From an uncultured virus (IMG/VR IMGVR_UViG_3300005530_000024) (taxonomy: Duplodnaviria; Heunggongvirae; Uroviricota; Caudoviricetes): a DNA stretch of 64,000 nt. The stretch's first letter is position 1, and every line of letters starts with the position of its first letter. Below are positions 8,566-17,617 of the stretch, piece after piece. The notes beneath the pieces are model-generated. The model did no database searches. It had not been told where the DNA came from and was given only the letters and a program-made list of their open reading frames with translations. Position numbers and translations under genes: made by a program. The DNA is taken from IMG/VR virus record IMGVR_UViG_3300005530_000024, one strand, 5' to 3'.

Positions 8566-9419
8566 GCCTTCGCAAGAAGGTTGTTACCAGGAGTGAGGGC
8601 GCGCAGCGGATCGGTCGGCTTCATAACTGTTAAACCCTCTGTCATGTCGATAAAGAATGTGGGGTCATTAGGCCACTTGAGATTGCATCCGAGGGGAAGC
8701 CGAAGCAGGTTGCCTAAGTCTTTGTTTCCGATCGAGTCTTGCTTTGGGTAGACTTCTACCGACAGGTTCGGAAAACCTGTGATGGGACTGGTGTCTACCG
8801 ATTTGAAAAAAATTTCAGAGTTTGGGGTTCGGGGCGCAAACTCGCAGGCCTCAAGTACAGCGAGTGCACCCTCTCTGGCAAACGAGGCATCCATTAATCT
8901 CGGCAGGAATGCATAGACGTGGACGCCCTTGTTGCCAGAGTAAGCTACAGCTACATCGAGACTGAGAAGATCTTGAACAGTGAGTGCAAGTGTCTTTGCC
9001 AAGTACATGAAGTTGATCTTCATGTACTCTCTGCGTGCCCACAGGAGGGGATCATGCAGCGGGTGTCCTGGAGGCGCTGCCTTTACATGCCAGGCGTCGC
9101 GGAGGTTTGGTTCTTCACAGAATTCTTCAGCGCTCGCCCAGGGGTCGGCCGGCGGCAGAAGGCCGGATTTTTCGAGATCAATGTCAAAGGCGAACAGTTT
9201 GCACTGATCGTCAGTGTTGACGAGGTAGTGACCGAAGCTCTCCCTGCCGGCAAGGTGTGCCTCTAGGTCAGATCTTGTCCAGGGTACATAAGGACCGCTA
9301 AACTGTCCGTCCGGTCCACGTTCTCGAACAGGAGTATATCCACGGTCATACTGACGGGCCTTGACGTCTGTTCTGGCGATAAACCTCTTTGAGATTAAGT
9401 TTACCAGCTCAGTTGACAT
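8562..9419 (-). CDS. Archaeo-eukaryotic primase (AEP) catalytic subunit
   Basis: FDID (motif I), SGNKGVH (motif II), EVYPKQ, GNLLRLPLG. Confidence 0.8.
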   Translation of the reverse strand: MSTELVNLISKRFIARTDVKARQYDRGYTPVRERGPDGQFSGPYVPWTRSDLEAHLAGRESFGHYLVNTDDQCKLFAFDIDLEKSGLLPPADPWASAEEFCEEPNLRDAWHVKAAPPGHPLHDPLLWARREYMKINFMYLAKTLALTVQDLLSLDVAVAYSGNKGVHVYAFLPRLMDASFAREGALAVLEACEFAPRTPNSEIFFKSVDTSPITGFPNLSVEVYPKQDSIGNKDLGNLLRLPLGCNLKWPNDPTFFIDMTEGLTVMKPTDPLRALTPGNNLLAKA

Positions 9420-9487
9420 TCAGCAGTCTCCCAGGTATTGTGTAGCCCGATAGCGCAGCCGAGCGCCTAGGGGGCACGGAAAGCCCC

Positions 9488-9516
9488 ACCATACCGGGTG
9501 CTAACGCGCATGTCCA
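9488..9516 (-). promoter_or_regulatory. SigA-like promoter for the primase operon
   Basis: TGGACA-17 bp-TATGGT on the minus strand. Confidence 0.55.
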
Positions 9517-9529
9517 TACGTACCGGGCG

Positions 9530-9559
9530 TTGACGCCATCGGTTGCATAGGTGTAGCAT
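9530..9559 (+). promoter_or_regulatory. SigA-like promoter (divergent)
   Basis: TTGACG-18 bp-TAGCAT. Confidence 0.55.
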
Positions 9560-9563
9560 CATA

Positions 9564-9633
9564 GCTGCGTCTTCCCAGATGCAGCCGAGGCAGGGCGGTT
9601 GGTCGGTAACGAGGAAGCTGGCCAACCGCCCTG
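9564..9633 (+). promoter_or_regulatory. Two tandem hairpins in the 5' leader
   Basis: GCTGCGTCT/AGATGCAGC and CAGGGCGGTTGGTCGG/CTGGCCAACCGCCCTG. Confidence 0.55.
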
Positions 9634-9662
9634 ATCCTACGGTTTAACCCAAGGAGTCCGAG

Positions 9663-10367
9663 ATGACTTTAGCTGCATCAATTTGGGACCAGGATGCATG
9701 GCGCGCTCGGGAAGATGAAGAGCGTGAAGAGATCACAGATTTAGTCATCAATCGGAAGCTAAACCACCTCCTCAGTGGAGTCGCTTCAATCCTCGAGGCG
9801 TTAGCCTCCGTCATGCAAGGGCAGGGAGACATGGAAGCAGAACTTCAGCCAGTGGTCGATGCGATCAACGCGCTCGCCACCGAAGAGGGCGAGGTTGCAG
9901 CTGCGGTCAAGACGATCGTGGACAAGGTCAACAACGGCCAGGTCGTCGTCAAGGCCGATGCTCAGGTGCTCGTCGATGCGATCAACGGAGTCACGACCCA
10001 GCTTCAGTCGGTCGTCGGCACCATTCCCACCGAAGCGGCTCCGGTCGAGCCGCCAGTCCCGGATGGTCCGAGTCCGGACGTTCCGCTGCCGACAGTCCAG
10101 CCGCCGGTCGACTCCTCGTCTGGTCAGTCCTCGCCGCCGGACCTGACCGGAGCGACTCAGTCTCCACCGACGGTGCCGGTCGAATCTGTTCAGCTCCCTA
10201 CGTCGGCCGACACCGGGGAGACCCAGACGTCGGCGAGTTCGGCTGGTTCGGAATCAACGACGGACAGCTCGCAACCGCCCGTCGATCCGCAACCGACTGC
10301 TTCCACTGACGCGGCCGGCTCTACCGCCAGTGCGCCCGACTCCTCTGGTGCGCAGTTGGCTCCGTAA
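9663..10367 (+). CDS. Hypothetical protein: helical N-half, Pro/Ser/Thr-rich disordered tail
   Basis: AAGGAG RBS; high-GC3 codon usage. Confidence 0.75.
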   Translation: MTLAASIWDQDAWRAREDEEREEITDLVINRKLNHLLSGVASILEALASVMQGQGDMEAELQPVVDAINALATEEGEVAAAVKTIVDKVNNGQVVVKADAQVLVDAINGVTTQLQSVVGTIPTEAAPVEPPVPDGPSPDVPLPTVQPPVDSSSGQSSPPDLTGATQSPPTVPVESVQLPTSADTGETQTSASSAGSESTTDSSQPPVDPQPTASTDAAGSTASAPDSSGAQLAP

Positions 10368-10371
10368 CACT

Positions 10372-10445
10372 GCGCGGCAGACATGGTGCCCGAGGAGATC
10401 TCGGGACGGAGTGTCCCTACGGCTCTGATGAAACATCTGCTGCGT
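10372..10445 (+). ncRNA. Candidate three-way-junction RNA
   Basis: Closing stem 10372-81/10436-45; hairpins 10389-10405 and 10407-10427; G-U pairs favour the plus strand. Confidence 0.4.
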
Positions 10446-10448
10446 TAA

Positions 10449-10485
10449 GCAAGCCCCGCTCCTCTCGGGAGGGAGCGGGGCTTGC
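10449..10485 (+). terminator. Intrinsic terminator-like hairpin
   Basis: GCAAGCCCCGCTCC/GGAGCGGGGCTTGC followed by a pyrimidine run. Confidence 0.65.
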
Positions 10486-10510
10486 GCTCTCTCTAAATGC
10501 ACTATATAGT
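10482..10510 (+). promoter_or_regulatory. Promoter for a probably leaderless transcript
   Basis: TTGCGC-17 bp-TATAGT, with ATG 7 nt downstream and no SD. Confidence 0.45.
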
Positions 10511-10517
10511 GCCGACC

Positions 10518-11906
10518 ATGCCATCTGAGGTTTGGTTTCGCTCACCACAGCACTACGTCAAAGAATTACTCGAGTGCAACGAGCGCAATATCATCTTTGA
10601 CTATGGCTATATCCACAGACGCAAGATTGATCCTGTAAAGTGGTGCAAACTGCACTTCGGAGAAAATGAAGCCGCCTATCGACTTATTTTATGCGGCGAG
10701 CAGGGTAGCCCAGAATATCGCCCTGGAAACGATCTGCCGGTGGCGGTTTACCCCACCTGGCAGTATGGTGAAGACGAAGGTATTCTTGAGGAGTACCTTC
10801 AGAACAATGTCGGCAATGATGCTGACCTGACTGGAATGATTCCAGACAAAACTCTCACCATTGAGATGATTCCTGTTGCAGGCCAGGACCATCGAGTAAT
10901 AGTTATGAACTTCCCAGAGCTTAACACTGGCCCTGGAAAGGTGTTTTTAAAGTTCCTCAATGACCTTCAGCTGGAGTACCCAGACGTCATTATCCACCTC
11001 CACGGTGCGACAACCTTTAGTATGCCAGTGCGGCTAGGTATTAGGGCCTTCGACTGGGAGCCACGAATTCCAGCTGCTGGCGGTGCATTTTACATGCCGA
11101 CCGGCAAACGAGTTACAAAGAATGAACACAGAGAGCCTCACAAAGAGTGGCTCAAGGTACTTGGGTTCAAGCCAGTCGATATGGATGAGCCACGTAATCG
11201 CTGCATGATGAACATACGTGCAGCTGCATGGGCTGCCGCAAACTTTTCCAAGGATCTTAAGATCGTTGCTGTAGCGTCTACTGTTGACACAACGACACCT
11301 GACGCCAACTATGATCCAGAGACAGATCCAAAATCATCGCACTTCTTCAAGCGAGTTACTCCATTGCCTGGAGATAAATATGTGTGCGACTCATGTTCAC
11401 TGAGCATTGCTTGCAAGTTCTATCGAGAAGGGTCGGTGTGTACGTTGCCATCTACCGAACCAAAGGCGCTTTCGTCTCGATTCAAAACTCGTGACGTAGA
11501 GTCAATTCTCGATGGATTGAGCGACATTCTTGAGATCCAGTCTGACCGACTAGTCGAAGGTCGGGAGCAGGAAAAGCTCATGGGCCTAGACCCAGAGGTT
11601 ACAAAGATTGCTAGTTCTCTCTACGGCCAGGCTGTGCAGCTTGCAAAGCTTGTTGATCCGACTCTTCGAGGTGGCCCGAAGGTACAAGTCAACATCGGCA
11701 ACAACGGTGGGCAGACCGCAATTCAGATGGGTGACCCTCGACAGTTCATTGCACAGGCAATCAAGGAGCTGGAGTCTCAGGGTTATCCTCGAGACCAGAT
11801 TACATCGGAGATGATTCAAGGTGTACTTACTGGCGCAGGCGCTCGTCCGATGGTTCCAGCGTCGCTCGCGCCGCCAGAACCGAAGCCGTTAGTCATAGAC
11901 GGCTGA
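10518..11906 (+). CDS. DpdA/TGT-like (divergent) domain fused to a Cys-cluster/helical C-terminus; occupies the usual small-terminase position
   Basis: IHLHG...FD...G....R..NI pattern; CDSCSLSIAC..REGSVC; shortly upstream of terL. Start could be 10497. Confidence 0.5.
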   Translation: MPSEVWFRSPQHYVKELLECNERNIIFDYGYIHRRKIDPVKWCKLHFGENEAAYRLILCGEQGSPEYRPGNDLPVAVYPTWQYGEDEGILEEYLQNNVGNDADLTGMIPDKTLTIEMIPVAGQDHRVIVMNFPELNTGPGKVFLKFLNDLQLEYPDVIIHLHGATTFSMPVRLGIRAFDWEPRIPAAGGAFYMPTGKRVTKNEHREPHKEWLKVLGFKPVDMDEPRNRCMMNIRAAAWAAANFSKDLKIVAVASTVDTTTPDANYDPETDPKSSHFFKRVTPLPGDKYVCDSCSLSIACKFYREGSVCTLPSTEPKALSSRFKTRDVESILDGLSDILEIQSDRLVEGREQEKLMGLDPEVTKIASSLYGQAVQLAKLVDPTLRGGPKVQVNIGNNGGQTAIQMGDPRQFIAQAIKELESQGYPRDQITSEMIQGVLTGAGARPMVPASLAPPEPKPLVIDG

Positions 11907-11912
11907 TGCGCT

Positions 11913-12125
11913 GTGGTTATCAGGTCAACAAAAGTAATAAAAGTTGGTCAGATAAAGACGTTCAAGAGGTTTGGTTCAGCCTTTCCGGTCATTAGGTTTA
12001 TCTCGAACGGATTTCAGGCTGGGTCTACTACTCGCCAACAGGTCAGTCAGAAGTTTGACCAGGCCATGACGACATCGGAAAAGGTGCATGACGGTACCAA
12101 TCGAGTTCGATCCCGCAAAAGTTGA
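11913..12125 (+). CDS. Small basic hypothetical protein
   Basis: Fills the gap before terL. Confidence 0.4.
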   Translation: MVIRSTKVIKVGQIKTFKRFGSAFPVIRFISNGFQAGSTTRQQVSQKFDQAMTTSEKVHDGTNRVRSRKS

Positions 12126-13986
12126 CTGGGAACTCGAGTGGTTAAAGCTTAACCCAGCCTTCTATGAGCGCCCAGCCACTATACGAGAGTTTCTCGGTAC
12201 TGGGTACCTTGAGATTGCATCCAAGGTACGTGACGGGGTAGCTCTCGCGCTGGAAGAGATCTTCGGAACAACTGTACAGTCTCATAACATAGCCTCTGTG
12301 CAAAGAGCTATGTTTACTGGGGCTATCGGTATCGGAAAGACAACACTGGCTTCTATTGCTCTGCCTTACATGGTTCATTGGGTGTTGTGCTTAAAAGATC
12401 CGCAGGATTTCTTCAATCTGTTGCCCGGCTCGCGCATTGCTTTTATGCAGATGTCAACTTCCGAGTCGCAAGCTCGCGAGGTCATCTTCGGTGATATTTT
12501 TGCTCGAATCAAGCACAGTCCATGGTTCGTGAACAACGCACCTCACGACGAAAAGTACACCAAGCAGATTAGATTTCCAGGTAAGGATATCTGGATTCTT
12601 CCGGGCGACTCTGCAGAGACTACGTTCGAGGGTTATAACATTCTCGGCGGAATTCTTGACGAGATGGATTCTCATAAGATCACTAAAGAGAAAGATTATG
12701 CCGAGTCTGGCTATAACACAATTCATGCTCGTATTACATCTCGATTTGGCAATCGTGGGCTTTTGATCCTGATTGGCCAGATGAAGAAAGCAAATGGATT
12801 CGCTGCTGGAAAGTATGCAGAGTTCATTGGTGATCCTGGTGCCCATGTCACCCGAATGACTCTCTGGGAGTCGTTCGGCTGGAAGAACTATCTGCGGGCT
12901 GACGGAACTCGTGATTCTTTCTTCTATGATATCAAGCGCAAGTCTATCATTCCAGCACTAGTTGCTGACCTCTTAGATGAGGACCACAAAGAACATCTAA
13001 TTGAAATTCCTAACGAGTTCCGAAAGGATTTCGAGAACAACCCTGAGCGCGCACTTCGAGACCTTGCTGGAATTCCACCTGCAGTATCTGATCCGTTTAT
13101 CTCGCTAGTGGATAAGATCGAAGCCTGCAGGGATCGTTGGCATGCGCGGCACAACGTAGGAGACCAGTCACCTGTTTCGGATAACCCCAGTCGTGTAGAG
13201 TTTGCAGAGTGGTTCAAGGGTGGAAATGACCCTCGCCGTCGTACTTTACATATTGACAATGCATACTCTGCGAATGGTGATGGTCTTGGGATTGCTATGG
13301 GCCATGTCGAAGAGATGGTAATTACAGATAGCGGAGAAAAGAAGCCGCTTATTGTAATTGACTTTATGGCACGACTCAAGGCTCTTCCTGGTACAGAGAT
13401 TATGTTCTCTGATGTCCGACGCATTATCTACTATCTCAAGGACGATCTTGGATTCAATCTCAAGTCGATTACTATTGATGGCTTTCAGTCGACCGACACG
13501 GTACAGCAACTTAGGAAGAGGCGTTTTCAGGTTGAGTACTTATCTATGGACAAGTCAACTCTTCCGTATGAAGACTTAAGAGAGGCCATTTACGAAGAGC
13601 GAATCGAGTTTCCGAAGTATGTCACACATCTTTACAAGGGCTCGGACAAGATTGTAGAGATAGCGCTTCAGGAGCTTATGGAGCTTACTGATGACGGGCG
13701 TAAGATAGATCACCCCCCAAACGGCAGTAAGGACGTCGCCGACGCCCTGGCTGGAGTGACCACAACTTTGGTCGGAAATCGCTCATTTCAGCGGGGGGTT
13801 ACTTCTGTTGACGTGGGCACCAAGAGAGGTAATAATGGGCCGAGTACTCCGACTGGAAATGCTAGGCCAGGCACACTACAGCACATGCTAGATGCAATGA
13901 GTGGTAACGGACTTAAGGCTCCCTTGCCGCCTTCTCTAGGATCTGCAGGGTCTGCTATACCTCCGCATCTCCGACCTAAGCGCTAG
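12088..13986 (+). CDS. terL: Terminase large subunit
   Basis: Walker A GAIGIGKT, Walker B GGILDE, nuclease motif DHPPNGSKDVADALAG. Confidence 0.93.
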   Translation: MTVPIEFDPAKVDWELEWLKLNPAFYERPATIREFLGTGYLEIASKVRDGVALALEEIFGTTVQSHNIASVQRAMFTGAIGIGKTTLASIALPYMVHWVLCLKDPQDFFNLLPGSRIAFMQMSTSESQAREVIFGDIFARIKHSPWFVNNAPHDEKYTKQIRFPGKDIWILPGDSAETTFEGYNILGGILDEMDSHKITKEKDYAESGYNTIHARITSRFGNRGLLILIGQMKKANGFAAGKYAEFIGDPGAHVTRMTLWESFGWKNYLRADGTRDSFFYDIKRKSIIPALVADLLDEDHKEHLIEIPNEFRKDFENNPERALRDLAGIPPAVSDPFISLVDKIEACRDRWHARHNVGDQSPVSDNPSRVEFAEWFKGGNDPRRRTLHIDNAYSANGDGLGIAMGHVEEMVITDSGEKKPLIVIDFMARLKALPGTEIMFSDVRRIIYYLKDDLGFNLKSITIDGFQSTDTVQQLRKRRFQVEYLSMDKSTLPYEDLREAIYEERIEFPKYVTHLYKGSDKIVEIALQELMELTDDGRKIDHPPNGSKDVADALAGVTTTLVGNRSFQRGVTSVDVGTKRGNNGPSTPTGNARPGTLQHMLDAMSGNGLKAPLPPSLGSAGSAIPPHLRPKR

Positions 13987-13995
13987 GAGATCTCT

Positions 13996-15708
13996 GTGAC
14001 ACTGCTCGATCATCGAGGTAGGCCGATCGACATGTCGGTTTACAAGAAGCAGTCGTCTCCACCTACTGGTGAAAGATTTGGACACTGGGCAGGGCGAAAC
14101 ACCGATTTCATCAGTCTGCCGGGGGGCGGCATTATTCAGTTTGATCTGAATTCGCTTACCCTCAGTGACTATCGAGCAATGAGAACTCACTATCAGGTAA
14201 ATTCATCTCTCTCGGTTCTGTCGTTTATGCAGCACCAGTCCAACTGGACAATCGAGCATCCTGATCCGAAGGCTGTCGACTTCATGACAGAGAATCTTTC
14301 GGCGATCTGGACACAGCTAAATCGTGGGATGAGTCAAGCTAACTGGGCTGGCTTCTCTCCCAATGTTTTGCAGTTCGAGAATGATTCTAACTCGAATGCT
14401 GTTGTACTTACAAAGATCAAGGATCTTATTCCGGAAGAGTGCGGTGTCAACTGGAAGCAGGTTGACGGATACGCACCTCCAGGAGAGGTTCCTCCAAAGC
14501 TCAAAGTGTACGACGGTATCAAGCAGTTGGGTTGGCCTCACCCGATTCCTTCGGATTGTACCTTCTGGTATCCGATTCTCATGGAGAATGGCGACTACTA
14601 CGGTTCAAAGCTTCTCAAGTCTGCATACACATCGTACTTCTTTTCGATGCTGCTTCACCTGTTCTCGAATCGCTACTACGAGCGCTTCGGTGAGCCGACT
14701 CCGGTAGGGCGTGCACCCCAGGACGAGATGGTCAGCCTGCCTGACGGTCAGGGTGGCTATACGCAGATGCCTGCGCATGAGTACATGATGTATCAGTTGC
14801 AACAGCTTCGTAATCGCTCAACCGTAGTGCTCCCATCCGATCGAGACATGGATACAAACGGTCGTGGTTACTTTGACTACGATCTGCAATATCTCGAATC
14901 GCAGATGCGCGGCGCTGACTTCGAGCGGTATATGCAGCGTCTTGATGAAGAAATTTCACTGGCAATCTTTACCCCAGTTCTTCTGATGAAGACTGCTGAC
15001 GTAGGCTCGTATAATCTCGGTGTTGGGCATATGCAGATGTACCTCTGGATGCTCAACGCGATCAACGCTGACCGCGCGCAGTATATCAACAAGTACATTC
15101 TTGCTCCGCTCTACAGGTTGAACTTCAACCCCAAGGGCAAGATGCCCAAGATTAGGTTCAACAAGCTAGATAACACTAACGCACAGATGCTGCAGATCAT
15201 TTTGCAAGCACTGATCGGCCAGGGCGCTATCAAGTTTGACCTGGTTCAACTTGGCGAGATGGCCGGGTTGACAATCGAACAGGCACAGCAAACTCTGGCG
15301 CTGCCGACTGGACTCAAGCCAGGGGATGATATCGACCCAGATGCTCTAGGTGGCGACGAGCCTGGGACGACCACCGAGACGGACGAGCCTGGGATACTCA
15401 ATCTTTCATCATCTGTTCGCCGAGACATTCTAAATCGTGTCAAGGGACAGGTCGATCGGGCGTTTAGCGATGGGGCTTTCAACGCTGACCTTCAAGTCAA
15501 TATCGGCTATCGGCGTAAAATGGAGCGCGCTTTACAAGCGGATGGCGTTACCGACGCTGGAAGTGCAGCATATTCGATGTATGCACGTTTAGACGCCTGG
15601 TGTCGGGATATTACGTCTTTAGGTAAGTCGCATACGCCGGATTCTGCCAAGTTTATGAAGGAGTTCACCGGACTTCTTGACTACGAACTGGATCGGCTTG
15701 CAGTATGA
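13996..15708 (+). CDS. Portal protein (Mu gp29/DUF935-like)
   Basis: Follows terL; YG..LL.S.Y..YF, ERFGEP, GSYNLG motifs. Confidence 0.88.
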   Translation: MTLLDHRGRPIDMSVYKKQSSPPTGERFGHWAGRNTDFISLPGGGIIQFDLNSLTLSDYRAMRTHYQVNSSLSVLSFMQHQSNWTIEHPDPKAVDFMTENLSAIWTQLNRGMSQANWAGFSPNVLQFENDSNSNAVVLTKIKDLIPEECGVNWKQVDGYAPPGEVPPKLKVYDGIKQLGWPHPIPSDCTFWYPILMENGDYYGSKLLKSAYTSYFFSMLLHLFSNRYYERFGEPTPVGRAPQDEMVSLPDGQGGYTQMPAHEYMMYQLQQLRNRSTVVLPSDRDMDTNGRGYFDYDLQYLESQMRGADFERYMQRLDEEISLAIFTPVLLMKTADVGSYNLGVGHMQMYLWMLNAINADRAQYINKYILAPLYRLNFNPKGKMPKIRFNKLDNTNAQMLQIILQALIGQGAIKFDLVQLGEMAGLTIEQAQQTLALPTGLKPGDDIDPDALGGDEPGTTTETDEPGILNLSSSVRRDILNRVKGQVDRAFSDGAFNADLQVNIGYRRKMERALQADGVTDAGSAAYSMYARLDAWCRDITSLGKSHTPDSAKFMKEFTGLLDYELDRLAV

Positions 15709-16034
15709 ATCCAGTAATGGTGAATATGGGCATACAAGGTAAGCCGGGAGTCATTTCGCACTGGTTTTGGTGTCCGGGTTGCAATGACACTCACAGAATC
15801 GAGAGTCCTCATTGGACTTGGGATGGAAACCTTGAGGCTCCTACCTTTGATCCTAGCATTCTTGTGTATAGTCACAAAAAGTTCAAGGACGGAATAGGTA
15901 GTGAGGTTATTGATACGCCTCGCTGTCACTCGTACATAAGAGGCGGCATCTGGCAATTCCTAGCAGACTGCACTCATCCCTTAGTGGGTCAGAGCGTTGC
16001 GATGGTTCCTGTTCCTGATTGGCTCGTGCGATGA
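15705..16034 (+). CDS. DUF6527-like Zn-binding protein
   Basis: FWCPGC...H, WTWDGN...PTF.PSIL, RCHSYI..G..QFL.DCTH.L.GQ. Confidence 0.75.
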   Translation: MNPVMVNMGIQGKPGVISHWFWCPGCNDTHRIESPHWTWDGNLEAPTFDPSILVYSHKKFKDGIGSEVIDTPRCHSYIRGGIWQFLADCTHPLVGQSVAMVPVPDWLVR

Positions 16035-16315
16035 GCGAACGTCCTCATAACGAGCTAAGGTGCTTCTGTGCTCGAAAGCCGTTGCTTGCGACCTATGGTG
16101 TAGACGCCAACGGACGAGTCTATGTGCATCAGAAAACATATAAGCAGAAGCGTATCTTCGCCGAGAGTATTGTTTATTCAGGTGAAGTCGTTATTCATTG
16201 TCGTGACTGTTTTCGTTGGCACAGGGTGACATTTGATCAATCCACTCACCTGCCAGTTCTAAAGGAAAATCCGCCTCCTGAAGAATTGCACGACGAAACA
16301 ACCCAGCCCACCTAG
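16031..16315 (+). CDS. Zinc-finger protein (Com-like arrangement)
   Basis: ELRCFC..KPLL...CRDC; ATGA overlap. Confidence 0.65.
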   Translation: MSERPHNELRCFCARKPLLATYGVDANGRVYVHQKTYKQKRIFAESIVYSGEVVIHCRDCFRWHRVTFDQSTHLPVLKENPPPEELHDETTQPT

Positions 16316-16359
16316 TGCTTGCCTAGGTGGGGGGTTTGTGGACTACAGTGGTGCCCACT

Positions 16360-17577
16360 ATGACCGCCTCGCTAGTAGCGCCACCGACTCATCCTTCTGT
16401 CGCCTGGTTTCACTCGGGTGACTTCGGCTTTAGTCCGACTAAGCGTTTTTCTCTCGAGGGCGGGAAAAATGTTCTGAAGCTGACCGACGTTCCTGTCTTT
16501 CGGTCAGGCGTTTTCAGAGACTCCATGGGTGAATTAAACACCTGGGAAACTCTGCATATGACGCAAATGCAGAACAATTTCGACTACCTCCGGGCTCACA
16601 AGACCTTCGAGAATGTTCCCGTGCGCCGTGGGCATGGATCGTTCTTTTCAGACGCAATGGACAGCTTAATCGGCTGGCATACTGCGCTCCGAACTCAGGA
16701 CATGCAGTCGCCAGTCGATGGTGTGACCTACACCTACCTTCTCACGGACTTCTATATCTTTGACAAAGATGCCGCAGAGAAGGTCGCCGAAGACAATTGG
16801 CCTAACCGCAGCTCTGAAATTGGGACGTACGTCAACAACGCGCAAACCGAATACTGGCCTTGCTACATGGGTTTCGCGTATGTTGACATTCCAGCGGTAG
16901 AAGGTCTCAATTTCCGCAAATACCAGAAGGACGCTGGGCCGAGGTTCAGCATTCTTGTTGACGATCCAAAGGAGTTTGGCGTGACCTCACTGACCAATCC
17001 CGCAGCTCCGGCTGGCCCGGCAGCTCCGGCCTCGCCTCCGTCTCTCGAGTTGCCGGGAGCCGGTCAACCTGCTCAGTCAACTCAGCCGACCCAGCCGCTG
17101 CAGTTCAGTATCGGCGGAAGGCAGACGACCGACTATGCGGCAGTTCAGGCGCACATCATCGCCATCGAAGGTCGCAACGCCACCCTCGAACAGTTCGCTA
17201 CCGAGAGTGCAGCTGCCGGCCGGAGGAACTTCGTCGCAGCCCTCGCGAGGGAAAGCAAGATTCTGCAGACTCAGGTTGGCGACGACAAGACCGGTCTGAC
17301 GGCTCACGCTCTGTCGCTCAACGACGAGCAGTTCGCTGCTTTCAAGGCGATCTACGAGGCGGCTCCGTCGGCGACCGTTCTTCAGCAGCACGGACAGACC
17401 AACGGCACTGGCAATCCGATCGTCTCGGGTGGCCAGCCGAAGAACGAACGTACCGAGCGTATCAGCGTGCTGACCGAGATCGTCGCTCGGCACCGGATGG
17501 GCGGTACGACTGAGGCCGACATCGCCAAGATGCCTTCCTACATCGAGCTCCAGCAGCTGACTGCTGCGGCGAGCTAA
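16360..17577 (+). CDS. Capsid maturation protease/scaffold fusion
   Basis: VFRSG, VPVRRGH, RSSEI, G.AYVDIPAVEGL (Mu gpI-like); helical C-half. Confidence 0.78.
   Translation: MTASLVAPPTHPSVAWFHSGDFGFSPTKRFSLEGGKNVLKLTDVPVFRSGVFRDSMGELNTWETLHMTQMQNNFDYLRAHKTFENVPVRRGHGSFFSDAMDSLIGWHTALRTQDMQSPVDGVTYTYLLTDFYIFDKDAAEKVAEDNWPNRSSEIGTYVNNAQTEYWPCYMGFAYVDIPAVEGLNFRKYQKDAGPRFSILVDDPKEFGVTSLTNPAAPAGPAAPASPPSLELPGAGQPAQSTQPTQPLQFSIGGRQTTDYAAVQAHIIAIEGRNATLEQFATESAAAGRRNFVAALARESKILQTQVGDDKTGLTAHALSLNDEQFAAFKAIYEAAPSATVLQQHGQTNGTGNPIVSGGQPKNERTERISVLTEIVARHRMGGTTEADIAKMPSYIELQQLTAAAS
16981..17577 (+). CDS. Nested in-frame scaffolding protein
   Basis: AAGGAG about 7 nt before an in-frame GTG; codon usage shifts to high GC3. 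Confidence 0.55.
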   Translation: MTSLTNPAAPAGPAAPASPPSLELPGAGQPAQSTQPTQPLQFSIGGRQTTDYAAVQAHIIAIEGRNATLEQFATESAAAGRRNFVAALARESKILQTQVGDDKTGLTAHALSLNDEQFAAFKAIYEAAPSATVLQQHGQTNGTGNPIVSGGQPKNERTERISVLTEIVARHRMGGTTEADIAKMPSYIELQQLTAAAS

Positions 17578-17617
17578 CAGAACCAGTCGCCTGAGAACCT
17601 GAAGCAAAGGAAGAAAC

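Noticed and set aside
10425..10434. Hammerhead ribozyme core CTGATGA
   Set aside because: GAAA overlaps the motif, leaving no stem II and no matching cleavage-site geometry
12088..13986. Intein or intron in terminase, helicase or tail genes
   Set aside because: Motifs are contiguous, with no intein terminal signatures or interrupted frames
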